26,540 nt of DNA from a virus, in IMG/VR virus record IMGVR_UViG_3300025584_000018. One strand, given 5' to 3'. The notes below the pieces were generated by a model. The model saw only the letters and a program-made list of their open reading frames with translations, was not told where the DNA came from and searched no databases. The translations under genes and the position numbers were made by a program. This document shows, in pieces, positions 1-7,315 of the stretch. The stretch's first letter is position 1, and each line of letters starts with the position of its first letter.

Positions 1-144
1 GAATTCTTTTTCTGTTTCTTCAGACCAAGTATGTTTAAAGAACCAATTATCTTCTTGCATATCAATATCATTATAATTTACTCCTGCAAATAAACACATT
101 GTGTTTAAAATAATATTGAGATGTGTACCATATTCTTTTTTCAT
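1..144 (-). CDS. Hypothetical protein, 5' part (runs off window start)
   Basis: ATG at 144 overlaps the upstream TAA (TAATG); reads MKKEYGTHLNIILNTMCLFAGVNYNDIDMQEDNWFFKHTWSEETEKEF with no stop. Confidence 0.75.
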   Translation of the reverse strand, partial: MKKEYGTHLNIILNTMCLFAGVNYNDIDMQEDNWFFKHTWSEETEKEF

Positions 145-470
145 TACAGCCCCCATACTCTATTTTTATCATAGATGAATTCAACTCCATCATAATCATA
201 TATATCCCAATCAACATCATCAGGTATTTCTAACACATCTAATGCTGAATAACGTCCGTTAGCATCTTCACCCAACTTTTCAACTACTTTTACTAAATTT
301 TCATCATCACGGTTCAAATCCCACACAAAAAATGTATACTTACCAACACCAAACTTATCATCTTTAGCGGTCAACTCTAATTCTATACCAGACAAATCAG
401 CATATTTTTCAATAGCCAAATCCGACAATCCAAATCCACCAAAACATCTGTTTATTACTATTTTTTTCAT
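144..470 (-). CDS. Conserved phage hypothetical protein (108 aa)
   Basis: KIVINRCFGGFGLS...RDDENLVKVVEKLG...LEIPDDVDWDIYDYDGVE pattern recognised from a widespread phage family of unknown function. Confidence 0.85.
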   Translation of the reverse strand: MKKIVINRCFGGFGLSDLAIEKYADLSGIELELTAKDDKFGVGKYTFFVWDLNRDDENLVKVVEKLGEDANGRYSALDVLEIPDDVDWDIYDYDGVEFIYDKNRVWGL

Positions 471-640
471 TATATCAAACTCCTAATTAATGTGAATAAT
501 CCAACTAATCCAAGTCCAGAGAATATACCAAAGTAAAATCCTTTACGTTGGAATGTTTCTGCTACTGCTATCAAATCCCACTGTGATACTGATACTTCTT
601 TATCCATATCTTCTGTATTATTTATTTCCGGGAAATTCAT
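470..640 (-). CDS. Small putative membrane protein (56 aa, not in ORF track)
   Basis: ATG 640 overlaps upstream TGA; MNFPEINNTEDMDKEVSVSQWDLIAVAETFQRKGFYFGIFSGLGLVGLFTLIRSLI; hydrophobic C-terminus; stop overlaps next ATG. Confidence 0.7.
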   Translation of the reverse strand: MNFPEINNTEDMDKEVSVSQWDLIAVAETFQRKGFYFGIFSGLGLVGLFTLIRSLI

Positions 641-999
641 TTTACCACCTCTAATTTTGCTAATTCAGTTTTTCCAAATTGTGTAACGTGAGAACTAACC
701 ACGTGTTCGTTTCTATCGAAATTCTCTAGCCATTGTTGATGACGCAACACTTGATGTAAATCATACGCTAATTCACTATCTTCAGTATGTCCAAACATTT
801 GATTGTAATCATAATCAGAATCTAACGTTTTTAATAATTCACGTTGTTTATCATTTAACTTTTCTAATGATTTATCATCCCATGTAATATCATCCAATGC
901 ATATTTTAACTGACCAACTAACTGTCTCATTAATGAGTGAGTTGCTCGATTTAAAATATCGAGTTGTTTTTCATTTATTGTTAATGTGTATTTTTTCAT
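637..999 (-). CDS. Hypothetical protein (120 aa)
   Basis: ORF track; downstream of promoter 1026-1054. Confidence 0.8.
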   Translation of the reverse strand: MKKYTLTINEKQLDILNRATHSLMRQLVGQLKYALDDITWDDKSLEKLNDKQRELLKTLDSDYDYNQMFGHTEDSELAYDLHQVLRHQQWLENFDRNEHVVSSHVTQFGKTELAKLEVVK

Positions 1000-1025
1000 T
1001 TGTAGCCTTTATTTAGTCACCCTAT

Positions 1026-1054
1026 AATATACAACATATTTTTGTTAAAATCAA
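1026..1054 (-). promoter_or_regulatory. sigma70-like promoter TTGATT-N17-TATATT
   Basis: -35 at 1054-1049, -10 at 1031-1026, 17-bp spacer, just upstream of the ORF starting at 999. Confidence 0.7.
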
Positions 1055-1329
1055 GTAGTTTTTTTCATTTGTTTGTGAAATTTATTTAATTGTGCGGCTA
1101 ATAATTTAGTTTGTTGCTTATTTAACAGAATACTATCTGCACTTAACTCACCGTGCCATAGTGCTCTCCAAATATAAGATACTCGTTGTCTCAAAGTTGA
1201 GCTTCCCCAATTACTATATCTCATCATTGAGATTTCTATATCGTCAGTCCAATCTTTCCAAAGGGTTATTCTTATAGTTGAACAGCCACATTCACAATCA
1301 ACATAGTATTTTTCTTTATCATTTTTCAT
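1051..1329 (-). CDS. Hypothetical protein with CxCxC motif (92 aa)
   Basis: ORF track; YYVDCECGCS. Confidence 0.8.
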   Translation of the reverse strand: MKNDKEKYYVDCECGCSTIRITLWKDWTDDIEISMMRYSNWGSSTLRQRVSYIWRALWHGELSADSILLNKQQTKLLAAQLNKFHKQMKKTT

Positions 1330-1463
1330 TAGTCCACCAACGTTTTTTTAATATTAACTTCTGAGCCCATTCGAATTACAATCTTCTTAAACCAGATAGA
1401 GTTCATAACTTTATCAAATTCAACTTTTGGATTATATCTTTTGTTTGTTTTTTTATCTCTCAT
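1329..1463 (-). CDS. Small hypothetical protein (44 aa, not in ORF track)
   Basis: MRDKKTNKRYNPKVEFDKVMNSIWFKKIVIRMGSEVNIKKTLVD; AGGTG RBS; TAATG coupling to next gene. Confidence 0.65.
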   Translation of the reverse strand: MRDKKTNKRYNPKVEFDKVMNSIWFKKIVIRMGSEVNIKKTLVD

Positions 1464-1471
1464 AACACCTA

Positions 1472-1500
1472 AATCTACACATAATAAACGACAAAGTAAA
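1472..1500 (-). promoter_or_regulatory. Weaker sigma70-like promoter TTTACT-N17-TAGATT
   Basis: Same spacing and position as the other class members; two mismatches to the local consensus. Confidence 0.45.
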
Positions 1501-1503
1501 GGA

Positions 1504-1761
1504 TTATTTTGAATATTTTTTCCAAAGTCTATTACATTCTATCATATCTCTTTCTCTAATTTGTGTAGTTGGATAACATCCAATCATAGACTTAACCCGA
1601 AGAATATCACTTCGTTCAACTAGTGTTTGAGACGAAGAAGTAGTGAATATAATTCTTCGTAATAACTTATCTAATTTCTCTGTTATAGTATTTTGTTTAA
1701 ACATAGTATATACCCAATTATCATTAAATGATGGAGTTGATAATATAATTACCTTACTCAT
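1504..1761 (-). CDS. Hypothetical protein ending in CNRLWKKY motif (85 aa; probable start MSKVII)
   Basis: ORF track, start moved to the ATG overlapping the end of the upstream gene. Confidence 0.75.
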   Translation of the reverse strand: MSKVIILSTPSFNDNWVYTMFKQNTITEKLDKLLRRIIFTTSSSQTLVERSDILRVKSMIGCYPTTQIRERDMIECNRLWKKYSK

Positions 1762-2182
1762 CTTTGTATTTTTTCCATAATTCATTACACCGTAACATTT
1801 CAGAGCGACTTATCTCTCCATCATTTATTAGTCTATTCATTATATTATAGATTTCAAGCGTATGGTCTTCACTCCAATATGCCGCTCCGCAATTAATGAT
1901 AGCATTACTTAACTTTTTCAATTTATTTTTTACTTTGTAGAAAAAACCTTTATGATTATCATCTTCATTCATGTTAAAATCTACAATTATTCGTGCGTAT
2001 AATTCACTTGCACTTAATTTAGAAAGTTCATCGGCATTATAAATTTTATGTTTAATTCCTGGGATTTGTAAGTCTCCAAATACAGTATAGGAATCAGTGT
2101 TCGTATAATACTTAAACTTTTTAATTACACCTATACACTTTAGTAAATCTAATCCCTTATCTACGTGAGTGTATTTTGGCAT
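1754..2182 (-). CDS. Hypothetical protein ending in CNELWKKY motif (142 aa)
   Basis: ORF track; abuts the metallophosphoesterase stop. Confidence 0.8.
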   Translation of the reverse strand: MPKYTHVDKGLDLLKCIGVIKKFKYYTNTDSYTVFGDLQIPGIKHKIYNADELSKLSASELYARIIVDFNMNEDDNHKGFFYKVKNKLKKLSNAIINCGAAYWSEDHTLEIYNIMNRLINDGEISRSEMLRCNELWKKYKDE

Positions 2183-2857
2183 CTATATCTCTATAATGGT
2201 TACTGGATTTGTTAGTTTATATTGCTCGTTCATCACAGAAACGTTAAAACATTCAGTCACACTATCATCATTCCATTTGATTGTTTCTTTCATTCCACCC
2301 GAACCGTGGATATGGCCGAACATTGCAACTTTAGGTTTAACTCGTTCTAAATAATTTTTAAAGTGAATACAACCTAATGGTCTTTCGTGTTTATATTCTG
2401 GTGTAACTGAATCTAAAACTTTATATGGGGGGCCATGACAAACTACAACATCAGCTTCTGGTGCATTCTCCCAAAATATTTTTGATTGTCTTTCTGTAAG
2501 ATTGAATGCCCAATTATTAAATTCGGGTGTGAAGTTACTACCGAAGAATTTAAGTCCTTCTATCTCTACTACTGTATCGTGTATGTACATAGAATCACAT
2601 TCATTATCTATGACTTCTGCGTTATACGGAAAATCTTCAATCCCTAAGGAGTGATTTCCAGCAATCCAAAGTTTATAGTCAAACTGTGTTTGGCCTTTCA
2701 TCCAATATATGAAATCTTGAAGTTCAGTTGGTTTATCTGTGTATGTTGCATCACCTGCATGTACTAGCACCGAAGTAACATCATCTGAAATTTCAGGTAC
2801 ATCAAATGAATAATCACAATGATTATCCGATACTGCTATTATTTGTATTTTCTTCAT
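2183..2857 (-). CDS. Calcineurin-like metallophosphoesterase
   Basis: All five motifs in order: SDNH, HAGD, GNH, HGPP, GHIH. Confidence 0.9.
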   Translation of the reverse strand: MKKIQIIAVSDNHCDYSFDVPEISDDVTSVLVHAGDATYTDKPTELQDFIYWMKGQTQFDYKLWIAGNHSLGIEDFPYNAEVIDNECDSMYIHDTVVEIEGLKFFGSNFTPEFNNWAFNLTERQSKIFWENAPEADVVVCHGPPYKVLDSVTPEYKHERPLGCIHFKNYLERVKPKVAMFGHIHGSGGMKETIKWNDDSVTECFNVSVMNEQYKLTNPVTIIEI

Positions 2858-2865
2858 AACCTTTT

Positions 2866-2894
2866 AATATACGACTTTATTGTGTTAAAGTCAA
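2866..2894 (-). promoter_or_regulatory. sigma70-like promoter TTGACT-N17-TATATT
   Basis: -35 at 2894-2889, -10 at 2871-2866; GACTTT-N8-AAAGTC inverted repeat (2873-2892) overlaps the -35. Confidence 0.75.
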
Positions 2895-2991
2895 GTCTTT
2901 TTAATGGAATAAATATACTCCACGTGATAATATTATAGTTATTATCGCGCTTGTTTTAATCCTTTCATTATATTATCAAGTTCACTTCTTT

Positions 2992-3180
2992 CTATATATA
3001 TAACTTTTCATTTCTTTTAAAATTTCTTAAAAAGAATCCATCTTCACCTTTGATATACTGTTTTTCATCTGTGTCCGATACGCTATCTTCATCCGCTTCA
3101 TTGAGTTCCTGCAGGATGTAGATTATTATTCCTATTTGCCACACCAGTAGTGAGCAGAATAAAAATTCCTTAATTGCCAC
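2992..3180 (-). CDS. Small membrane-anchored hypothetical protein (62 aa)
   Basis: N-terminal hydrophobic helix FLFCSLLVWQIGIIIYIL followed by an acidic tail. Confidence 0.65.
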   Translation of the reverse strand: MAIKEFLFCSLLVWQIGIIIYILQELNEADEDSVSDTDEKQYIKGEDGFFLRNFKRNEKLYI

Positions 3181-3466
3181 TCATATCCTTCTTGAGTCCC
3201 CCTAAATAATTTAATATTCTTGCTATTTTTCCACTCTCAACTCTATATGCAGTTTTATCAATTTGTTTTTTATCTTTCATCATTTCTACAGTTTTTGATT
3301 CTTTTTCCCAATGCTTGATGAGTTCATCAGTATTCATCTTAGAAAGTGCTTTAGCTTCATTTACAGATTCTTTAAATGATGTTTTAAATTCCTGACTCAT
3401 GGACTTACTCTGTGCTTGGATTTCCTCTCTAATCATTTCTCTTAATTGTGTTTTAGTTATTTTCAT
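3170..3466 (-). CDS. MKITK-leader protein A (98 aa), possible virion-internal protein
   Basis: First 16 aa identical to 3596..3973; AGGA RBS; ATATTTAT upstream; function inferred only. Confidence 0.8.
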   Translation of the reverse strand: MKITKTQLREMIREEIQAQSKSMSQEFKTSFKESVNEAKALSKMNTDELIKHWEKESKTVEMMKDKKQIDKTAYRVESGKIARILNYLGGLKKDMSGN

Positions 3467-3540
3467 TTTATTTATATCCTATAGTTATATGATTATAAAT
3501 ATACAAAACTTTTTTTTAATCCCATAAACTGAAAAAGTAT
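3420..3540. repeat. 121-bp direct repeat, copy 1 (copy 2 at 3927-4048)
   Basis: Identical except T8 versus T9; contains the 3' end of the 4024..4599 gene, ATATTTAT, an RBS and the first 16 codons of the MKITK genes. Confidence 0.97.
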
Positions 3541-3552
3541 AAGCTTTATCAT
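3493..3552 (-). pseudogene. 19-codon stub ORF MIKLILFQFMGLKKSFVYL behind a strong RBS
   Basis: AGGAGAAATATT-ATG at 3564-3550; after 4 codons it reads into repeat copy 1, consistent with a captured gene start. Confidence 0.45.
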
Positions 3553-3595
3553 AATATTTCTCCTAATAATAAAAAGCTATGTTTAGTTTCAGTTC

Positions 3596-3973
3596 TTACA
3601 ATATGTACGTACTTTTGACTTTATAGTTAATTTTCTTTTTACCATCTTCATCTATATACTCTATGTCAAAATCAAAGCTAGGAACTGACCCAAAATAATA
3701 AAATCTCACATCTACAATTTTACCCTTAGTAGCAGGAATTTTTTTCGTTTTCCCATGAGCAGTAACAACCTTATACCTATCATAGGTTACATTACTTCCT
3801 TTGAGTTTATTAATCGCAGACTTTATTAACTTATCCTCAGTAGTATCTCTAGCCTTTTCAGCACCATCTGCTATACCATTTCCAAGAGCATTAATTTGCT
3901 TTGAAGATACCGTGCCTTCATTCAATATTTCCTCTCTAATCATTTCTCTTAATTGTGTTTTAGTTATTTTCAT
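3596..3973 (-). CDS. MKITK-leader protein B (125 aa), possible virion-internal protein
   Basis: MKITKTQLREMIREEILNE followed by an unrelated Lys-rich body; function inferred only. Confidence 0.82.
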   Translation of the reverse strand: MKITKTQLREMIREEILNEGTVSSKQINALGNGIADGAEKARDTTEDKLIKSAINKLKGSNVTYDRYKVVTAHGKTKKIPATKGKIVDVRFYYFGSVPSFDFDIEYIDEDGKKKINYKVKSTYIL

Positions 3974-4048
3974 TTTATTTATATCCTATAGTTATATGAT
4001 TATAAATATACAAAACTTTTTTTTTAATCCCATAAACTGAAAAAGTAT
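3927..4048. repeat. 122-bp direct repeat, copy 2
   Basis: Direct comparison with 3420-3540. Confidence 0.97.
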
Positions 4049-4599
4049 TCTCCAATCAATTCAAAGGAACGTTTTACAGAACTATTCAATTTTTCATACT
4101 CACCGTCTTTTTTGTAATCGTAGTCAGCATCATGGATTAGTTTGGCACACTTGAGCCCGTAAATGATTTCCCCATACACATTCTGCATACGTTGTTCTGC
4201 TTTCTCACTCGCTTCATCTGTTGGATTTCCATCTTCATCAACTCCATCTTTTTCATCGTAGAAAGCCATTGAAACACCTACGTGGTCTTTTTTCAAGCTC
4301 TCAAACATTGGAATTAGAATTGTGACTAAATGGTAATCAATCCCCCAAGTATCCTGGTAAGAGTAGCCTTGTTTTGCTCGTTGGTAGTAATGCTTCAAAG
4401 CCCCTGGTCGAATTTTATCCCACCAGTCGTTTAAAACTTTTTGGTGAAATGGAAAATAAATCCAGTCTTCCCATTTTGCTATAAACCAATTTCGTTGTGA
4501 GTCGCGATAATCCATCATTTCTCTTAAGTCTGTGAAACATACATCTCCACCATCAGTGGATATACATCCTTCGCAAGTTTCTTCATTGTGTTTTTTCAT
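4024..4599 (-). CDS. Conserved phage hypothetical protein (191 aa)
   Basis: QRAKQGYSYQDTWGIDYHL...ELIGEYFFSLWD pattern recognised from a common phage family ending in LWD. Confidence 0.85.
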   Translation of the reverse strand: MKKHNEETCEGCISTDGGDVCFTDLREMMDYRDSQRNWFIAKWEDWIYFPFHQKVLNDWWDKIRPGALKHYYQRAKQGYSYQDTWGIDYHLVTILIPMFESLKKDHVGVSMAFYDEKDGVDEDGNPTDEASEKAEQRMQNVYGEIIYGLKCAKLIHDADYDYKKDGEYEKLNSSVKRSFELIGEYFFSLWD

Positions 4600-4838
4600 T
4601 TTACCTCTTCCATTTTTATTGATTTATTATTAACTTCTACATCGTAGTAAATAGTTTTCGGTTTTGGCTTATTCATATTGTTTACATCTAATCGTATTCT
4701 ATTTCTAGCATGCGACGGATCTCCAGATGCATGTCCTTCTAATGATGTGTATAATCCATACCATCTTTTTTTATATGGTTCATGAACTGTAATTCCCAAA
4801 TCATTTTTCCACGATTTTATTTTATATTTGTATTTCAT
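4596..4838 (-). CDS. Hypothetical protein (80 aa)
   Basis: ORF track; ATGA overlaps at both ends. Confidence 0.75.
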   Translation of the reverse strand: MKYKYKIKSWKNDLGITVHEPYKKRWYGLYTSLEGHASGDPSHARNRIRLDVNNMNKPKPKTIYYDVEVNNKSIKMEEVK

Positions 4839-4939
4839 TTGTTTCTAATATCCTCTAAAATTTCTATTATATTCTGTAGTCCTTCTTTTATCATGTTAAA
4901 TAAAAATCCTACTACTACTAATATAGCAAGTTCTATCAT
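4835..4939 (-). CDS. Small single-TM peptide (34 aa, not in ORF track)
   Basis: MIELAILVVVGFLFNMIKEGLQNIIEILEDIRNK; ATGA overlaps at both ends fill the gap exactly. Confidence 0.7.
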   Translation of the reverse strand: MIELAILVVVGFLFNMIKEGLQNIIEILEDIRNK

Positions 4940-5382
4940 ATTAATCCCCGCCGTCTCATATCATCTTGAATCACATCGCAATACTCTTTACTCGTTTTGA
5001 GTGATGGAGCATCACCTGTTAGTTTTTCCATTTCACTACGATAATGTTTTATACCATCCAACTTTCTATCCTGTTTTATAAAATCTTCTATATCAAAATC
5101 TATAGTGAGTTTGTTGCTTGACCCTGCACCATTCTTGATTTTGTTTCGTATTCTCCATATTTTATTTGCCGCTTTCATTGTTTCAGCTAACGTTTCCCGT
5201 TCTGTATCAGCATCTGGCATTTTTTTACCTGTATGAAAATCTCTTACTACATTCATCATAACACTTGCAGATATTAAATGGTCGTCAAATAATTCATTGT
5301 CAGTAACTTCATCTGATTCAGTTTCTTCTACTAATTCAATTAGCAACTGTAACTTATCTAAAGTTTTAGTGTATTTAGTCAT
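4936..5382 (-). CDS. Hypothetical protein with ribosomal protein L7/L12 C-terminal-like domain (148 aa)
   Basis: KLDGIKHYR...TGDAPSLKTSKEYCD resembles the bL12 CTD pattern KIxxIKxxRxxTGxxLKEAKxxVE, with an insertion. Confidence 0.5.
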   Translation of the reverse strand: MTKYTKTLDKLQLLIELVEETESDEVTDNELFDDHLISASVMMNVVRDFHTGKKMPDADTERETLAETMKAANKIWRIRNKIKNGAGSSNKLTIDFDIEDFIKQDRKLDGIKHYRSEMEKLTGDAPSLKTSKEYCDVIQDDMRRRGLI

Positions 5383-5388
5383 ATTGTG

Positions 5389-5673
5389 TTAGGCTACCAC
5401 CATGGGGAATAAAGTTACTTCTTTGCCGTTAGCAAGTTTCTTTGTTATATCTTTATTTTCAAACCAATGCATTACTAAATCTTTTAAGAGTTCTAAGTCA
5501 ATTACTTTTGTAGGTTGAACTACAGTTGGTTCACTATTACCTATATCACAGTAAAGAAAATCTACAACATAGTATTCATCTGGACAATGTTTATTTAACT
5601 TATGTCGCATTTCTTTTATGCTATCTGGAATTGATAGTTCCAATGGTTCTAATTCGGGGCTAATTACTTTCAT
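5389..5673 (-). CDS. Hypothetical protein (94 aa)
   Basis: ORF track. Confidence 0.75.
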   Translation of the reverse strand: MKVISPELEPLELSIPDSIKEMRHKLNKHCPDEYYVVDFLYCDIGNSEPTVVQPTKVIDLELLKDLVMHWFENKDITKKLANGKEVTLFPMVVA

Positions 5674-5830
5674 CTATAATCACCGTATTTTCGCTAATAT
5701 CAGTTTCAAATAGTATAGTATCATCGGGAATATCATTTTGAATATGCATCCAAACTTCATTCCCATTAATTAATAGTGGAAATTCAGCTGAATATGTTTT
5801 TATAAATTTAATTAATTTGGCTTCAGACAT
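5660..5830 (-). CDS. Hypothetical acidic protein (56 aa, not in ORF track)
   Basis: MSEAKLIKFIKTYSAEFPLLINGNEVWMHIQNDIPDDTILFETDISENTVIIDESN; ATG follows the upstream TAA after 2 nt. Confidence 0.6.
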   Translation of the reverse strand: MSEAKLIKFIKTYSAEFPLLINGNEVWMHIQNDIPDDTILFETDISENTVIIDESN

Positions 5831-5832
5831 AC

Positions 5833-5889
5833 TTAAATCTTCATACCCACCATTGGGAATAAATTTACTAACTTATTATAATTTTTCAT
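5833..5889 (-). CDS. 18-aa micro-ORF or frameshifted start of the 5660..5830 gene
   Basis: AGGATAAATAAA-ATG RBS like neighbouring genes; MKNYNKLVNLFPMVGMKI. Confidence 0.4.
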   Translation of the reverse strand: MKNYNKLVNLFPMVGMKI

Positions 5890-5905
5890 TTTATTTATCC
5901 TATAT

Positions 5906-6160
5906 TTATTCTGTATTATAGATATGTCCAGAAAAGCGTTCATCTTTTTCTTGCGTTAAGTTTCTTAATGTGAATCCAGTATCATCAAATACGTCACCTA
6001 ACATTTCTGTCTCGTCGAATTCGATAATGTCGCCAGGCAACCAATTTAACTTATCTGTAAGATCGTCTGGTAAAACTATGTATAGTTCACCGTCAGTATC
6101 TTTTTGTACTTTTGTGCTCCATGTTGTTGATGGTTCACCTCGTTTTGGACTGTTATTCAT
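5906..6160 (-). CDS. AbrB/MazE/SpoVT-like DNA-binding protein (84 aa)
   Basis: VQKDTDGELYIVLPDDLTDKLNWLPGDIIEF matches the swapped-hairpin pattern GxxxIxLPxxxxxxLxWxxGDxL/I. Confidence 0.6.
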   Translation of the reverse strand: MNNSPKRGEPSTTWSTKVQKDTDGELYIVLPDDLTDKLNWLPGDIIEFDETEMLGDVFDDTGFTLRNLTQEKDERFSGHIYNTE

Positions 6161-6339
6161 TTTGTAACTCCGTTTTGTTTATAAAAATCATCTAATTCAT
6201 CTGCACCTAACATCTCAAATTCTATCACATCAAATGGGTGTCCCTCTAATGGTCTGTATAAGTGAGTTATTCCATCTTCATCCATCCCCAAGAATAACCA
6301 GCCTTGTCCATTCCACCATACATAATCATTGTTTTTCAT
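6157..6339 (-). CDS. Hypothetical protein (60 aa)
   Basis: ORF track; ATGA overlap. Confidence 0.7.
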   Translation of the reverse strand: MKNNDYVWWNGQGWLFLGMDEDGITHLYRPLEGHPFDVIEFEMLGADELDDFYKQNGVTK

Positions 6340-6340
6340 T

Positions 6341-6598
6341 TTATTGATGCCATTGAACTGTAGCTTGGTTTAAATGTTTGCGCATTTGTTCTTCTACGAT
6401 ATCCCAATCAAAACTACGTCTCCATTTAGAAATATTAGTATGTTCGATATAATCTTTGATAACATCTCCCAATTTTGCACTATGTAATTTTAATTTCATT
6501 GTGCTCATTTTTGATTTTTCATACTGACTATACATTTCTACTGGGACATCGTCTATTTTGTCTGTGCCGTACTTTTCGGTTAATTGTTCGTATTTCAT
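6341..6598 (-). CDS. Hypothetical protein (85 aa)
   Basis: AAGGAGAAATAAA-ATG RBS. Confidence 0.8.
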   Translation of the reverse strand: MKYEQLTEKYGTDKIDDVPVEMYSQYEKSKMSTMKLKLHSAKLGDVIKDYIEHTNISKWRRSFDWDIVEEQMRKHLNQATVQWHQ

Positions 6599-6623
6599 TT
6601 TATTTCTCCTTAAAATAATCTTT
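6596..6623 (-). repeat. 28-bp gene-junction module AAAGATTATTTTAAGGAGAAATAAAATG, copy A
   Basis: Other copies at 7288-7315 (ATG>ACG), 8064-8091 (identical), 9140-9167 (1 mismatch); encodes RLF-stop fused to RBS and start codon. Confidence 0.95.
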
Positions 6624-7290
6624 CTTGTGTAGTATGTTTTTCGATTCTTTCTTCTGCAATGTTGAAATATGTTTCATCAATCTCAATACCTATAAAATCT
6701 CTATTAGTTTGTTTACAAGCAACTCCTGTTGAACCTGAACCCATAAAAGGGTCTAAAATAATTTGTGTTTCATCTGTATTATTTTTTACAAATATTTCAA
6801 GCATATCCACATTTTTTTCAGTAGGGTGTAATAATTTACTACTTGAAATTTTAGGAAATTCCATAACATCGGACAATCTTTTTTCTCTAAACAAACTTCT
6901 TCCTTTATGTGCATAAATTATAAATTCGTGTTTCGGTGCGTATGATGCCTTTAAATCTCCAGAGCCATGATTATTTTTAACCCAGACAATAATATTTTTT
7001 ATTTTGAAATATTTTTCAATAGATTGTTTAAATTTATCAACATTATGCCAACTACAAAAAATATATAAAGATGAATTATTATTAAGAATTTTATCTGATT
7101 TTATTAAAAAATCTTCAAGCCAAATTAAATTTGAATCATTTTTTATTTTATCAAATTTTTCTTTCACAACTCTTCTATTACTTTGAAAAGACATTCCATA
7201 AGGTGGGTCTGTAATTATAGCATCGACCTTAATCCCATCTTCAATCATTCTATCCATTGCTATTAAGCAATCTTCATTATAGAGTTTCGT
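6610..7290 (-). CDS. Orphan DNA methyltransferase 1, beta class, DPPY (probably m6A); apparent ACG start, 226 aa
   Basis: DPPY precedes DPFMGSGSTG; RBS then ACG-AAA-CTC-TAT-AAT-GAA-GAT-TGC (xKLYNEDC) in frame 11 codons above the track start, matching MTase 2 MKLYNEDC. Confidence 0.9.
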   Translation of the reverse strand, partial: TKLYNEDCLIAMDRMIEDGIKVDAIITDPPYGMSFQSNRRVVKEKFDKIKNDSNLIWLEDFLIKSDKILNNNSSLYIFCSWHNVDKFKQSIEKYFKIKNIIVWVKNNHGSGDLKASYAPKHEFIIYAHKGRSLFREKRLSDVMEFPKISSSKLLHPTEKNVDMLEIFVKNNTDETQIILDPFMGSGSTGVACKQTNRDFIGIEIDETYFNIAEERIEKHTTQERLF

Positions 7291-7315
7291 TTTATTTCTC
7301 CTTAAAATAATCTTT
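7288..7315 (-). repeat. 28-bp junction module, copy B (ATG replaced by ACG)
   Basis: Direct comparison with copies A and C. Confidence 0.95.

Noticed and set aside
1-6. Window begins with GAATTC (EcoRI site)
   Set aside because: It falls in frame within a CDS (Glu-Phe codons) and there is no matching site at the other end; treated as coincidence
311-322. GGTTCAAATCC resembling a tRNA T-loop
   Set aside because: No acceptor, D or anticodon arms can be built; it lies inside a conserved CDS on the opposite strand
2942-3011. Possible 22-aa ORF MKVIYIERSELDNIMKGLKQAR broken by one extra A
   Set aside because: Needs an assumed homopolymer indel, has no clear RBS and cannot be told from chance without reads
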